Below are positions 26,690-40,044 of a DNA stretch of 64,000 bases, piece by piece. Origin of the DNA: Lama guanicoe (taxonomy: Eukaryota); assembly GCA_013239625.1 (NCBI GenBank), contig MU053513.1:2282927-2346926 (forward strand), read 5' to 3'. The position numbers and the translations under genes were made by a program. Numbering within the stretch: position 1 is the stretch's first letter; each line of letters opens with the position of its first letter. Under the pieces are notes generated by a model that did not search any database, had not been told where the DNA came from, and worked only from the letters and a program-made list of their open reading frames with translations.

Positions 26690-27188
26690 GTATTCATAGC
26701 TTTTGATGCAAAACAAACCACTCCAAAACTTAGTGGCTTAAAACATCAACAGTTTATTTGGCTCATAATTCTACAGGTTGGCAATTTAGGCTGAGTTTAA
26801 CTGGGAATTTCTGTCCTTAACTGGGCTCCTTCATGGTCTGTGGTCAATCTTGGGTTGGTTAGATATGGGAGTTGGCTGGTTGCTGGCTGGCCCCACCTGG
26901 CATCTTTTCCTCCAGAAGCCTCATCTCAGTTTTTCTTCTCATGGTGGTAGCAGAGGTCTGAGAGAGAGCAGAAGCAAGCAACGCCTCCTGAAGCTCGTGT
27001 TGGAACGAGGACACTGGTGCTTGCTTTCTGTTGGCCAAAAGGAGTCACAAGGCCAGCTGAGTCATGGTGGGAGGATGTAGAGTCTGCCTCTGGATGAGAG
27101 TGACTTTGAAGCAACGTATTGCCAAGGGTATGGACACAGGGAAGCATGGGGAATTGGGAGGGTTTTTTTTGCCATCAGTCTACCACAA
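26690..27188. mobile_element. MLT1 solo LTR (F/G/H-like)
   Basis: aacaaaccactccaaaacttagtggcttaaaaca...gagtcacaaggccagc...cagtctaccaca. Confidence 0.8.
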
Positions 27189-29154
27189 TTAGGCAAATGA
27201 AGGACTCAGAGATGTGCTTAGGACACTATCTTCTTCGCCAGTGTAGATTTTAATTTTGCTGTTACAGAATTGTCACCCAACTCCCTCTTTATCTCAACCT
27301 ACCATCCTTATATCTTGTATTGTTTTTCTCTTTATATTATTTATTTGTTGTTGGCTTCCTGTGCATTTTTATTCAAGTTCATGCCAAATAAATTCTTTTC
27401 TAAAATTATCTAAATTATCTTTTGTTTCCTTACTCAGGGCTGTATACTCTGTAGGATATTTCTTCCTCAGGTGTGGGAGTACATTTACTCATGGACCTAA
27501 CATTGTTTTTTTCTTTTTCTTAGAACACTGTTGGAATTTGCCAACAGAGCACGCGGTTGCTTCTCACTGTCTGCTTAGATCTGAATGCCTTCTCAGATCC
27601 GCATTTGAGGAACAGGCTGTTACACATTTCCCAGTGACTGGCAGGCAGTCATCACACGTGGTTCTGCTAAGATGGCTGGGGTTGTCTGTTCCCATGCTGT
27701 GTGTGCCTGGTTTTGGGGCTCTTTAAAACAATGAAGTATATGGGAAAACTGTATTTCTTGACATATACCATTAAAAGGATTTTCCCTGTATTTTCTGTTC
27801 TTGGCAGAGATTTTCATTTGGATGTGGAGCCACCTTAGAAGCAGTGAACCGTTGTCAGTGGCCCTCTGCCTTCTGACATGCTCTGTCCTGGGAATTGTAT
27901 TTAAAGGGCTGTGGAAAGAAGTTGCCCTTGGTCGGTTGGGAGGGAGTTACACTGCTCTGGCTGCCCCATAAAGCCATCGTCTGCTCTGTAAATTCTGTTT
28001 CTCTTAAACAGCAGGCAGAAAAAGGGAGAGCACTAAAGTCTCTTTCTCAGCTGACAGAATTACTGTGTTTCACAGAGCAAAGCAATCCTTTGCATCATGT
28101 GTACTGATCAGAAAGCTGGGCCACTATTAATTTGTTTCTAGACCTAGTTTCTAGGACTTTCAGGTAGTGAAATTGAGGTTTCTCATCAGAGTTTCGATTA
28201 ATTTTAGTAGGGTGTGCTCTTGTCTCTTTCTCTGTCTTTTTATGCGTTTTCCTGAAAAGACGGGAGAGGCTATGCTGGGAGAATTCTACATAGTTGCCAC
28301 GTTAAGCTCAATTAATTAATAACTCATTTTCCCCTTTTTTTGTTAATCAAATATATGTAATGATATACAGTAAAAGTATTTGCAAATGCAAATGGCAGTT
28401 TTGAAAGGCTGAGATTTGCTGCTTTCATTAGCTAGTACGGTGTTGCAATGTGAATACATACACCATTCCATAGTAATTTTGGAGTAATGACATGTATTTC
28501 TTAGTCCTCCGTTGTTGCTTTCAAAGTTTGCTGTCGGGGAACGTATCTCTAGCACTTTGCTTTTCTCTCCAGTCCTGTCCCGGGCGTCAGTGGTCTACAT
28601 GTGGGACGTGTCTAGTTGAAGGATCAGGAAGCAGTGCCTCCAGAACCCTCCGAAGCAGTTTTTGGAATAACAGACCAAAGCAGCTCTCAGGCCCGTCTTT
28701 GGAGAAGTGATAGTTACTGCCCAGCAGTTATCTCTGACAGCTGCCTCTGGCTGCTAAGTAAAGCGACCGCCTCAGGCAGTCCATCTCGTTGGAAAGTAAC
28801 TAGAGTTTCTACAGGTATAGAAATAAGATTTGCTATTAACTACTTGATAATTATTTCAATAATGTCTAATGAATCATAGAGCTTAAATGGTGTTCACCAT
28901 TTTTTTTAACATGACTTGGTTGAAACACCACCTGGCAGTTACAGGTGCTCGTGAATCCTTGAAGGTTCACACCTCCTGAACTCTGAGCACTAAAATTCAT
29001 TAAATTGGTTTATGGAACAATTTGTATATATCATAGCCGGTTCTTCTACAGGCCAGGGTTTACTTTAATGCCAGATTTTGACAATATTTATTTAACCTTT
29101 TAAAAGTAATAACCTGTGTGCGTTATTACTAGTCTGGGTAACTGGTAGTAAGTC

Positions 29155-29505
29155 TAGACTTACTGTGGTGAATGATTTTCAAATGTTTAGAGATATCAAA
29201 TCACTATGTTGTACACCAGAAACTAACATAGTGTTTTAGGTCAGTTATAGTTCAAACGAATAAACAAACAAACACATAGAGAAAGATTCTGATCACATTT
29301 ATGGTTATGAGAGGTGGAGGGCTGTGGAGAAGGGGAGTTGGATGAAGGTGGTCAAAAGGTAGAAACTTCAAATTAGTAAGATAAATAAGTACTAGGGATA
29401 TAATGCACAAGAGGGTTAATGTAATTAACACTGCTGTAAGTTTTACATGGAAGTTGTTAAGAGAGTTAAATCCTAAGAGTTTTCGTCACAAGGAAAAGAA
29501 AAAGA
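29155..29505 (+). mobile_element. L1 3' UTR fragments
   Basis: atcaaatcactatgttgtacaccagaaactaacatagtg...ggatgaaggtggtcaaaaggt...ataaataagtactaggga. Confidence 0.7.
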
Positions 29506-29963
29506 AGTCATTTTTTATATCACATTACAGTTGTTTCAAACATCTCAAAATGTTTACCCTTAGCATGACTTTGAAATTATTATACGCATTTTAATTTAAA
29601 AAATTACGTGTTACTATGTCAAATTTTGTTTTTTTAAAGGTTTGATAACTGCAATTTCAATATAATAATTCATTTCCTTTATTTAAACAAAAAAGAAGAG
29701 GAGAGGATTGCCTAATTGAAAATCAGATATTTGCATAAATAACTTCTCTATTTATAGAATTAAAAGAAAAGCAGAATTTCTTTCTAGGAAAATACTCTTT
29801 GGAATTTTGTTAGTGAGTTTATAATTTTGAAAACATTAGGTAACTACTAGATATTTTAAAGCATAGATAATGAACATAAGTAACTACAGAATTATGACAG
29901 TGAATATATATTAATGGCATGGCCCTTACTGATGAATCCTTGTTGATGTGACTTGCTTTGAGC

Positions 29964-30062
29964 TTTTTTTTCTTCCTTCCTTCCTTCCTCCCTCCCTCCC
30001 TCCTTCTTTCCTTCCTTCTTCCCTCCCTCCCTCTGTTCCTTCACACCTTCCTTCCTTTTTTT
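29964..30062. repeat. Polypyrimidine (CCTT/CCCT)n low-complexity tract
   Basis: Directly visible. Confidence 0.9.
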
Positions 30063-30799
30063 CCCATGTGATGATTTGGGGATTGACTGAAGAGCATTTA
30101 GGTATGCCGATTATGTAAGGGAAAGCCAAACTATAAGATGTGGAATCAAGTATACTTCAATTAGTCAATCAGTAAGGAAAAAAAGATGTAGAATCGTATA
30201 AGAGATTTATAAGCCTTTCTGGAATCTAGTTTATACGGTGACTAAAGCAAATTTCTCTTCACTTTAGTCTTTTCTAAAGTATGATTGCCATATCATAACT
30301 ATCCTTACATCTTAGATAGTAATTCAGAAAGCAGAACTCATAACGAGATCATAGTCACAGCCCTTCCATTTCAGGGCCATGATGTAGCTGTTGAAATGAC
30401 AACAGAATGGGAAAGACTGATCTGCCTTTCCTTGCTTCCTTGCTGGGCAGAGAAGCATACATGACACTGCTGGGTGTTGAGGAATGGAGAAGAGCATGTA
30501 CAAGGGACTCGGCCAGACTTTGTCCCCTGGAAGTTTGCAGGGAGGTAAATGAAAAAGGAAAGTGTAATAGTAGATAGGAGTAAATGTAGGAGGGGCTGCA
30601 CATTCCAAGAAAAGAACTTATCATCTGGGAAAATCTGGAGAAGTTGACATTTGAGTTAGTAAGCTTTGAGTAGGCAGACTGGAGTAAGGAGCACTCTACC
30701 TCAAGGGAGTAACATGACCAGACTCAAATATTTGCTGACTGTATGAAAAAGTGGAGTCGGGTAGCGTTGCTTTTGTACTGATTTGGTCAGTGTATTGTA

Positions 30800-31040
30800 A
30801 GAGTGTCCTGTGTGTGCCAGGCACTGGGGCAGGTAGGTGCTGGGAATTATAGCTCGATGACCCTCGTAGAGCCACAGTCTTAACAGGAGAGACAGATAAA
30901 ACAAACTAATGGGTATATAAATACAAAGTGAAAAAGGACTGTTAGACTACTGAATAACGTGGGTGAAGAGAGTGGTTGGGTAGGGTAGTCAAGGAAGGCC
31001 CCTTTGAGGAAGCAAAATGCCATTTGAAACTGACCTCTGT
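30800..31040 (-). mobile_element. L2 fragment
   Basis: tgtgtgccaggcactgggg...ggtagtcaaggaaggcccctttgagga. Confidence 0.65.
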
Positions 31041-31099
31041 AAGAACCACTTTGGGATATTTACCCTGTTTGAAGTCTTTGCCGTTGCTGCTGTCCCAAC

Positions 31100-31403
31100 A
31101 CAGTAGCCCAGGACTGATTCCAGGTGCCCTGTGGTTACTCAAGTCCCTTACATAAAACAGTGTAATGTTTGCATATAACCTATGCACATCCTCCACTGTA
31201 CTTTAAATCATCTCTAGATCACTCATAATACTTAACACAATGTAAATGCTATGTAAATAGCTGTAAATATAATGTAAATCCTATGTAAATAGTTACCAGT
31301 GTGTGGCAAAATCAAGATTGCTTTTTAGAACTTTCTGGAAACTTTTTCCCCTATATTTTCAATCCGTGAATGTGGAAACTGCAGATAGAGAAGGCTGACG
31401 GTA
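31100..31403. mobile_element. MER2-like TcMar-Tigger element
   Basis: ctcaagtcccttacataaaacagtgtaatgtttgcatataacctatgcacatcctcc...tactttaaatcatctctaga. Confidence 0.8.
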
Positions 31404-31530
31404 CATTTAGTTTGTCTAACTTACTCCCCCTCAAAGCACAACCTGTCAGTTTCCTATTTTCCATCAGTATTTATCTAGTGTTGAATTATTTACTTATTGT
31501 TAAATTTATAATGTCATCCTTGTTTTGCAG

Positions 31531-31647
31531 AAACCAAAGCTGAAAGATTGGCATCCTCCTGGGGGTTTTATTCTGGGATTGTGGGCACTTATTATCATGG
31601 TTTTCTTCAAAACTTACGGAATCAAGCACATGAAGTTCATTTTCTAG
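31531..31647 (+). CDS. PIGK: PIGK last coding exon (transmembrane helix and cytosolic tail)
   Basis: Acceptor tgttttgcag|AAA. Translates to KPKLKDWHPPGGFILGLWALIIMVFFKTYGIKHMKFIF-TAG, the PIGK C-terminus with its single hydrophobic helix. Not in the ORF track. Confidence 0.97.
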   Translation, partial: KPKLKDWHPPGGFILGLWALIIMVFFKTYGIKHMKFIF

Positions 31648-34600
31648 ATGCAACGGTGTATGAAGACTCCGTGGATGACTACAACCTTGGATAAAAATTT
31701 ATGTCGATACATTTTTAAGGATGCATTGCTCTGTGTGACTTGGCAGAAAGATAAGGAGACTGTAAATTTGAATGTTTTGTAACCTAAGGAAGAATCATTG
31801 TTAGTGCAAGTGCTAAATGACACTAAATATATTTCAGTTTTTTCATTTTGAGTGTTATTAAAATATTGGGACAAAGAGACGAGAATATACTCACTGGCTT
31901 TTTTTTTTTTTTGAAATTTTCCCCTTATTTTATCCCCTTTTCATTTGGAAAAAAAAATGTGAAGACATTAAATTCTCACTAGCAAGAGTAACTTCTGTTA
32001 GTATTTTTGTGTATGTTCTTCCAGCCTCTTTCATAATTTTTTCCCAAAATAGAGAACATACCACATTGTAACCTCACTTGTCGTTCGCAGTGTGTCGTCA
32101 GCCCTTCCCCTCTCCCCGGGTGTTCCCGGGAACACGTGGCGTATGGCTGCATGCTCTCTGCTTTATGAATGTACCGTGATTTACTTAACACTCTTCTGGA
32201 ACAGAACCACTTACTTTGCTCCCAAGATTTTCCTTTAATGTGTTAAGAGTTTACTGTCAGCTAATCTTGGAATTCTGCAGCTAAAATTGTAAGTAAATAT
32301 GAAAAACTAATTTCTTAATCTATGGTACTGGCAGTCTCCAGGACCTTATTTACTGTCAGTTTATGGGGAAAATGTAAGGTCTTTGCAAATTTTACCGACT
32401 GCTCAAGAAAAATAAACTCCATCGTTTTTCATTTCTAAGCATTCTGTGAGCATCTAGAATTGATCACCTCCTCTTCGGTTTCCACGTTGAAAAAGATGTT
32501 TCAATTCTGTTTAAGGTATATACCTTGCCCCCTGGCTGGATCCACACTTTTCCGGGGGCAGTCCCATAAAATGGATGGACTGTGTGAAAACTCCAGGCTT
32601 GTGGCCCCGTCTTCACGTCTGACTGATGTGTCGCATGAAGCCTTTTTCCTGCTCTCTGACAAGACGCAAGAGCTTGTCTCCCCAACACTGATTGTTTGCA
32701 TCTCACCAGCCGTCTTCGTGTCTGTCTCGTAACTGGAAATGGTTTGAGAATGTGCTTTGCTTTCAGCCCCAGATACTGTTTCTTCGCATATAAAGGGGAG
32801 AAGCCCTGAAAGCTGAGCACTCATGTCCCGTGAGATACTTTCCCATGTTTAATCTGTTTCATCCAGGAGCTTCTGTGTTAATCTTATTCACTATGAAGAT
32901 CTGTTTTGTAATTGTGGGTAACGTTCAGAAGACAACTCTTCCTCCACAATAAAACCTCCTAAAATTAATATTCCTTAGAGTTTGTTTTCCTTTTAGCAAC
33001 TTAAAATATTACCCTTTAATTATATGCAAAATGGCCATGCTTTTCACAGGCATAGGATTAACGGTGTCATCTCTCAGGTTAGAACAAACGATACTGAGGC
33101 TTTTTGCCAGCTCTGAATCTTCATTTTAATTGATCTTTTTATCGGTGTACTAGACACCCGAAGAAGAAAAATTTTTATCTGATTATATGGAGAAGGATCT
33201 TTTTACACATAGAAAGAGAGGGAAACAAACTTAAATTCAAATAGCTGAATCACAGTAGCACTAAGAGACAAAAAACGGTTGACCATGTCCCCCTCCAAAC
33301 ACTACGTAAGGTCATGAACACTGGTGGGGGAACTCCTTTGAGCCGTAAAGGAAGTATGATTGTTCTTGAGCCAAAGTAATTTAGTTTAAATATAATGAAA
33401 TACACCCTGATGGTAAAGACTCCTGGAAAGTGAAAGGATTCCTCTTCACTGATTGTAGAAGGTGCCCTTCTTAGTTAAAACCAAACTAGGAAAAGCAGCG
33501 CTAGATATAATATACAGGATTAATTATTTTTCAGACAGAGTTTCAAGGGCAATTTTTTCTCTGTTTCATTATTGAATTTTCAGAAGATAGTTAAAGCTTT
33601 TAAAGCTTAAAATATGTTAAATGTTTAGCTCATAACCATAATCTTTTTACATAAAGTCTATTCTGCCTTCAATAGTAAGTCAGTCCCCTGCAGGTGTTAA
33701 GTGAGTAATATTGTAAGTGCAATTAAATGGCCCAGACTTTAAATGATAGCATAAAAACACACCCTGAAGTATATTCTGCTTGGATCACAAAGGGCTGAAC
33801 AACTGAAAGGTGTGTTCCTCTTGCCTTTCTCAAGGCGCTGTCCTGAGGATCAGGCGAGACAATGATATGACTGAACACTTGGGAAACTGTAAATCTGTGG
33901 TGGCGGTGGTGGTGTTTTTCTCATTTCTGCTTGGGGAGATCCCAAGGGGGAAGTTAGTGGTGCCAGAGTCCCTCTCTCCTGCACTTGTTTACCTTTCCAA
34001 GCTACTCGGTGTGGTTCTTGTTCTCTTTGGTCTTCTTTTTCTCCTCCCCTACGGCGTCCTTCAGGGAGAGGAGGAATATCGATAAATGGATCCCAGCAGC
34101 CCCGTCCTGACCTTCTGCGGGAGGGCCAGGGTACAGTGCTGCCGCTCTGCAAAGGCAGCCTGCCCGAGAAACAGAAAGCAAGTGATGTGGCTTTTCAAAT
34201 TAAGAAAGACATTCACTGGCAGCTTGTGAAAGGGAAGTGTAGTTTGGATGCAAAGCTGATTGAACTGGATCAAGAAAAATTGGAATTAAATACAAAAAAT
34301 AATGCATGCATTTATGGTTTCAATTTTTATATATCCCCAGCTAGTTGAAAAGGACGATTCCCACAACAAGCATAGCTCAGCTTGTTTCTGCTTACTGAGC
34401 GTTTTCTGCTATGGTTTACGTTGGTAACGTTTCTTCCATTACGTATTTTGTACAGCAGAGTTACCGTTACTGTGGGAATCGTAATCTGAAATTTTGACTT
34501 GTGTGTTTCTGGAATTGTTAGAACAAATGTTGCATTAACATAGAACTTTTTTCATTGATTTTACCAAAACTAAATTCATCTATAGCAGATACTATTTTAA

Positions 34601-34945
34601 CTTACGAACGAAATACTTTATAGACATACCAGAAGGAATGGCTGTAAACTGAGATCAGTATCCATTTTGCTTTCTGGAATCAGCCTCATTACCTCATTGT
34701 CACATGTCCTGCCTGAGCGCGTTTACCGCAAAGAAAGTGTCCTGTGTCGCCGTCCCGTCGCTACCTGCCCTACCTGCACATGTCGCTGCTGCATAAATAT
34801 GAAAATGGTCCCAGTTGTGGACAATCACCCTAACCAGTCTTTAACTTTTCCTTTAAGTGCAAAAATTTTACTGTTTTGGAAATGTGCTATGAAATATTTG
34901 ATTATATTTGACTGAGTAAACCCTTGAATAATGGGATTGATACAG
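31648..34945 (+). other. PIGK: PIGK 3' UTR (end position inferred)
   Basis: Follows the TAG stop. Candidate poly(A) signals are AATAAA at 32411 and 32948 and variant AGTAAA at 34915-34920. Composition shifts to more GC-rich, repeat-derived sequence after about 34950. Confidence 0.55.
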
Positions 34946-36199
34946 ATGAAGGTGTGACCAAGAGACCTGTTACTAAAAATTGATGTACACAAACTTGGAA
35001 AGGTGGTCACTGTCATCCTGCTTCACTTGGGCTGCTCGAGCCTCGGAGACGTCAGAGCTGCACCCAGGCAGAGTCTGCCGGGTGGGGCTCGTGTGCTGTG
35101 AGCCTCTTCTGATGATGAAAGGGCCAGCTCTGTCTGTGCTAGAATGTCGGGGACAGCTGGCTGGAGCCACGCAGGACACTTTCTTATGGGTCATTTAAAT
35201 AAGGCCATGAATGTAAAGCACATCACACAATACCTGGCACATAGAAGTTCAGCCTCTTGCTCTTTGCTGGGCAGGCCTTTACCGAGCTTTTATTTTAACC
35301 TCCACTCAGGCCCAGGGGTCACCCTTTAGGGAACCACAAGCCTGGTGCTCCTGGACTGTCCTGTTCCCTTCTGTTTCAGCAGATGTCATTTTGGGGTAAC
35401 AGTTTCTTTCCACCTTCTTTCAACGCTGTCCAACAACTTCAATCCACAGACTCTCATGCCTCTTGTTTCTGTCCCCCCCCCCATTTTAGGTAAGTTGAGG
35501 CTTTTCTCCGTCTTCCCTCAGCCTTAGTTTTTTATTGTCTTTTTTATTGTCCCCTCTCTCCGTGGCCTGTCCTCTCTGTTGGAAACACACCTGTAGCATG
35601 ACCATGGGGCAGCGTGTCCTCACCGCCAGCCCGACGGCTGGATAACAACCATGCCTGAGTTTCTCCTTTATTCCCTCATCACAGCAGGTGCTGCATTTCC
35701 AGGAGAAGGCATCCTCTTCTCCCCCACCCGTGTTAGGCAGATCTTTTTAACTTTCAAATGATAGAAAACCAACTTGGACAAATTTAGGCTAAAAAGAGAA
35801 TTTGCTGAAGGGGTACTGGGAAAGCTCACAAACTTGTGGGAAGGGGGTCTGGTGTGAGCCTCACCAAGGACGGGAATGTCTCCGGGATCCTCTTCTCTGC
35901 ATGTTTCCTTTACTCCTCCTGGAGACTGGCTTTCTCACATGGCTGGCAATTCCACAGCCTCATATCCTGTGCTTCACTACAGTAGAGAGGAAAATTACTC
36001 TCTTCCTGAATTTCCAGTTCTAAAAGTTGTGGAAGAACTGATCAATCCTGCTGGCCTCAAGGGTTCACCTGGCCAGAGAGTCAAGGTCCTGCAAGCACAT
36101 AAGGACCCCCGGTGCACACCCCTGTCTGTTAGGGCCCCTCCCGGAGAAAGGGGAAAGGACAGGAGCCCGGCAATGTCACCCTCACTGCCACTCTCTACT

Positions 36200-36360
36200 A
36201 ACTCGCTCTTCACCGGCTGGTCCGTGGAGCTACCGCATCACCCTGGAGCTCGCTAGAGATGCAGAACGTCAGGCCCCACCCCGGACCTCCTGACCAGAAT
36301 CGGCATCTTGCAAGATCCACAGGTAATTCACATACACGCGAAAGGAGGAGAACCACTGAT
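36200..36360. mobile_element. MER5A-like hAT-Charlie element
   Basis: gagctcgctagagatgcagaacgtcaggccccaccccggacct...caagatccacaggtaattca...gagaaccactg. Confidence 0.75.
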
Positions 36361-36611
36361 CTACACCTTAGACTAAATAGCTCAGTTTTATCTCCTAAAA
36401 GGAAATTGTAAGATTGCAAACAGTTACTTGTAAAACAAACAACCATGGGTAGCATATTTTTATGGGTTAATTGACTCTAGCATTTTTATCGACTACTGTT
36501 TAGACCTTTTAAGGCTGTACTCCGCTCTCATTCTCACTTTTTTTTTCCTTCTGAGGTTTTTTTTTCCAAAATGTTTAATGCTTAAACAGACATCTAATTA
36601 GCCCTTACTAT

Positions 36612-37093
36612 CTATAGTTTCTGCAAATTCTTCGACACTCCTGTCATCAGGAGGTGGAGTCTAAATTCCCCTTCCCTGAATGTGGGCTGACCTTAGTGAC
36701 TTAATTCTAATAGATAGAACATGGCAGAATAACACTGCATGATGTCAAGGCTAGGCCAGGAAAGGTGATAGAGTATCTGCCTGGCTCTCTCTCAGGACAC
36801 TTGCTCTGGGAACCCAGCCACTGTCCCCCGAGGAAGCCCGAGCCACTTGGAGAAGCCATGTGTGTGTATTCTGGCCATTACCCTGGCAGGGTCCCAGCCA
36901 GTAGCCAACATCAACCTCCAGACAAGTGAGGGACAGAGCCTCCCGAGGCTTCCTAACTGCAACCACGGGGGAGACCCCCAGTGGGAGCCTCCTAGCTGAC
37001 TCCCAGAACTGTGAGAAGGAAAAATAAAAAAAAAATTTTTTTCCCCTCACTAAGTTTGGGATGGTTTATTACACAGGGATAGTTGCTGAAACA
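36612..37093. mobile_element. MLT1 solo LTR
   Basis: caaattcttcgacactcct...gaggtggagtcta...cactaagtttgggatggtttattacacag. Confidence 0.8.
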
Positions 37094-37379
37094 CTGTGTT
37101 AATATGTACCCGCTTTAGTGGATGCTATGAGAGGTACAAAGATTCTTTTTAAAGAGTTACAAATTAGTTCTTGAAAAGCCATGAAAAGATGAAATAAGTA
37201 CATAGCAGGAAATGACAAGTGCCATGTAAGGGCTATAGAAGGGGGTGTTTAAAAAGGAGCTGCTAATTTTAATTGCTAAAGAAACATGTTCTGTTGTATT
37301 TGTTCTCAGGGAACAGACAAAGAAGACTTCAAGAAGGAAGTGAAACTTGAGCAATCAGATTAGATTTCTCCGTTTCCCA

Positions 37380-38390
37380 TTACTGCTCTTTGAAAATTGT
37401 AATTTTTCTTCAGTCCTGTCCCACCAACTCACACTTTGCTGTTATCAGAAGATTTTGCCTTGTGATCTGAAAATTAAATTGGGGGAAGATAACCAGCTCA
37501 ACTTCCTTCTCAACCTCCTACAAATGTACCTTTTATTTCCCCGCATCCAATCCCTACCCCCACCCCTTTGGTCTTAGAGATTGACTTCCTGATCCCATCC
37601 CTTCTGGGATAGTGTTTACTAATAAACTCACCTCTTTTCTTGCCCTGCAATCTCCCTTTGCAAAAAAGCGCTTTCCCTTACATTTTATAAGATGTTCAAG
37701 CTTTCTCATCTTAAAGACTCCTCCCAAAATTCTATGTCTCCTTTTAAATGTTAAGATAGAAATGCTATGTACAGCTCTTTTCTACCTCCTTCTGTAGCTT
37801 ACTATTTTGAATGAATGAGCGGCATTCACTAATTTGGCTTCCCTGCCTTGTATATTCCTTTGTGAACCTTTTTGTGAATCTATCTTCTGCTCCCACTTCT
37901 CCCCTGAAACTATTTTCTTCACTGATATCACTGATCTCCTAATTGCCAAATCAGATGGCATTTCTCTGCCTGTATCTTTTTTTTTCTCTCCTTAATATGT
38001 CACAATTGTTGATTACTCCCACTTTTAGAAACATTTTCTCCTCTGCCTCCATGGCACCACGATCTCCCCAGTTTTTTTTTTGTCACTTAGCATCTCCTTT
38101 TCTGTCTCCAGCAAGTGCTTCTCTGACAGCCCACCTCAGATGTTCTGCAGAGTTCTGTCCTCAAACTCCTCAGACTTAACACTGTCCCTGAATATTTTCA
38201 TCCCCATCTGTGGTTTCACTGGCAGTGAAATTTATCTATCTCAGGATCTCTCTTGAGTTCCAAAAGTACCCCTTTCTACCCAGAAACCCCACAGGAATCT
38301 CAAACTTAGCACACCCCAGACTGAACTCGCCATCTTTCATCATCACCTCATTGCCCGGCTCTTCCCTCTCTATTTTCTTAATTTTATTTT
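37380..38390 (+). mobile_element. L2 fragment
   Basis: CT-rich L2 motifs: ctcctaattgccaaatc, atctcaaacttagcac...actgaactc. Confidence 0.65.
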
Positions 38391-38409
38391 ATATTATGAG
38401 TCCTCTCTA

Positions 38410-39815
38410 GATGGGTACAGATAGTGAAGATACATACCTGTGTCCCATGGAAGTGTTCACCATAGCATTTACTGCACAGGAGTCTCCTCGTAGTCGGGGG
38501 GGGGGGGTAAAAGGACATGTTCTGTGGGTGTCAGTTCACCTCCTTCCCCAGCCATCCCAGTGCATACTCGGTGTGGCCATGAAAGCAGTGGTTATGGTGG
38601 GGGACCGAGACTGCCTGGGCTCAGCTGGTTGGATTTCTCTTTACCGAGGCTGATCTGGTCATGCTACTGCTGCGAGCCTAGTCACCGGGAGCAGAGACCT
38701 ACATTAAAACTCAGCCACTGCCTGGGTTGGTGCCTCCATTCCCCACGGGCCCATCCACTGACTGGCAGTAGGTTGATTATACTGGCCGTCATAGAGTGGG
38801 CACAGATTCGCCTGCACTGAAACTGACACATCTTCCAGGTATGGATTCGTATTTCCTGCTCTTAAAGCTTTTACCAGCATCACCGTCCATGAACTCACAT
38901 GAATCCTTATCTACCGTGATCATGGCATTCTGAAAAACGGAGTCTGATTAAGGAAATCAGTTCACAGCAAGGGAAGTGCTTAGCTTTGCTAGTATGGTGG
39001 CCTTAGCTCCAAAGAGAGAAGGGCTTCCATCAGGGGACAAAACAGTGGTTCCACTGATTTTGAAGAGAGGATTGCCACCTGGCCATTTTAGGCTCTTTAT
39101 ATCACTGAATCAACTTGCCGAAAGTAAGGAGTTACTGGCTGGAGTGACTGATTCCAGTTACCACAGGAAAACTGAGTAGCTGCTACACATGAGGAGGACT
39201 TGTGGCAAGAGGATTCCCCGGGGTGCCTCGTACTGGTTCCATGACCAACAGCCAAGGTTAATGGAAAACTGTGACCATCAGAAAGAGGCGGGATGATTGA
39301 AGACTCACTCTTCTGAGTGAAGGCTGGGTCACTCCACCAGATAATGAACTGACCAGTAAACTTGCTGAGAGCAAAGGAATATTAAGTAGGTCAAGGAAAG
39401 TCGGAAGCCATGGGTGTCAGCTATGGCCCATGGCCAACTGCTGAAATGAGCACTGTGGTAGCTGTGTGGATTTTCCCTTTGCCTGATACATGTTTGTGGT
39501 CGCTATTTCTCTCCCCTTTCCTCCTACTTTTATTTTATGCAAGCTGTTGGGGCTTAACCTTACAGTATAATCTTTAGGTAAGAAAATATTCAGTGGGACT
39601 GTGACGGAATTTGAGACATGATGAATGCAGCCGGCCGTGCACACGGCAGCAGCTGGGACCGCGCATCTCCTTATTTTGATGAAGGGTGAGAATTTCTTCA
39701 CCTGTAAGAAGAACAGCAACACCTTGTCAGGTGGCAGCAGAGAGCTGTGTCATTGCTGCACAGCTCGCAGGCATGTTGAAGAGTGGACGCAGGAGCTGAA
39801 CAGCCAGAGGGCTGT
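38410..39815 (+). mobile_element. ERV-L internal remnant: degraded pol (integrase core) and dUTPase
   Basis: About 38760-38975 translates, with stops and frameshifts, to WQ*VDYTG...GHRFACTETDTSSRYGFVFPA...LT*ILIYRDHGI...SD*GNQFTAREV (ERV-L integrase core). ORF 38976-39179 contains LPSGDKTVVPLILKRGLPPGHFRLFISLNQ...LAGVTDSSY (ERV-L dUTPase-like). Confidence 0.85.
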
Positions 39816-39817
39816 AC

Positions 39818-40007
39818 TGTTCCAGTGGTCAGTTCATTGCCTCTCGGCTCCAGATCCCCTCATTACTGATCGATGGTAACGGAGCTGAGCGCCTTGAGGA
39901 TTTCTCCATTACAGTGAATGTGATGTTAAGCGTTGTGGATAGTGGGTGCTGGGGAGGCATGGCAGGAAGAAGGAGCTGCTCTTCCTGTTTCTGTTCTGGT
40001 GTGCTCT

Positions 40008-40044
<37 letters not shown>

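Noticed and set aside
33834..33843. GGCGCTGTCC, a REST/RE1 half site
   Set aside because: No partner half site, and it sits in what looks like a decayed MIR fragment.
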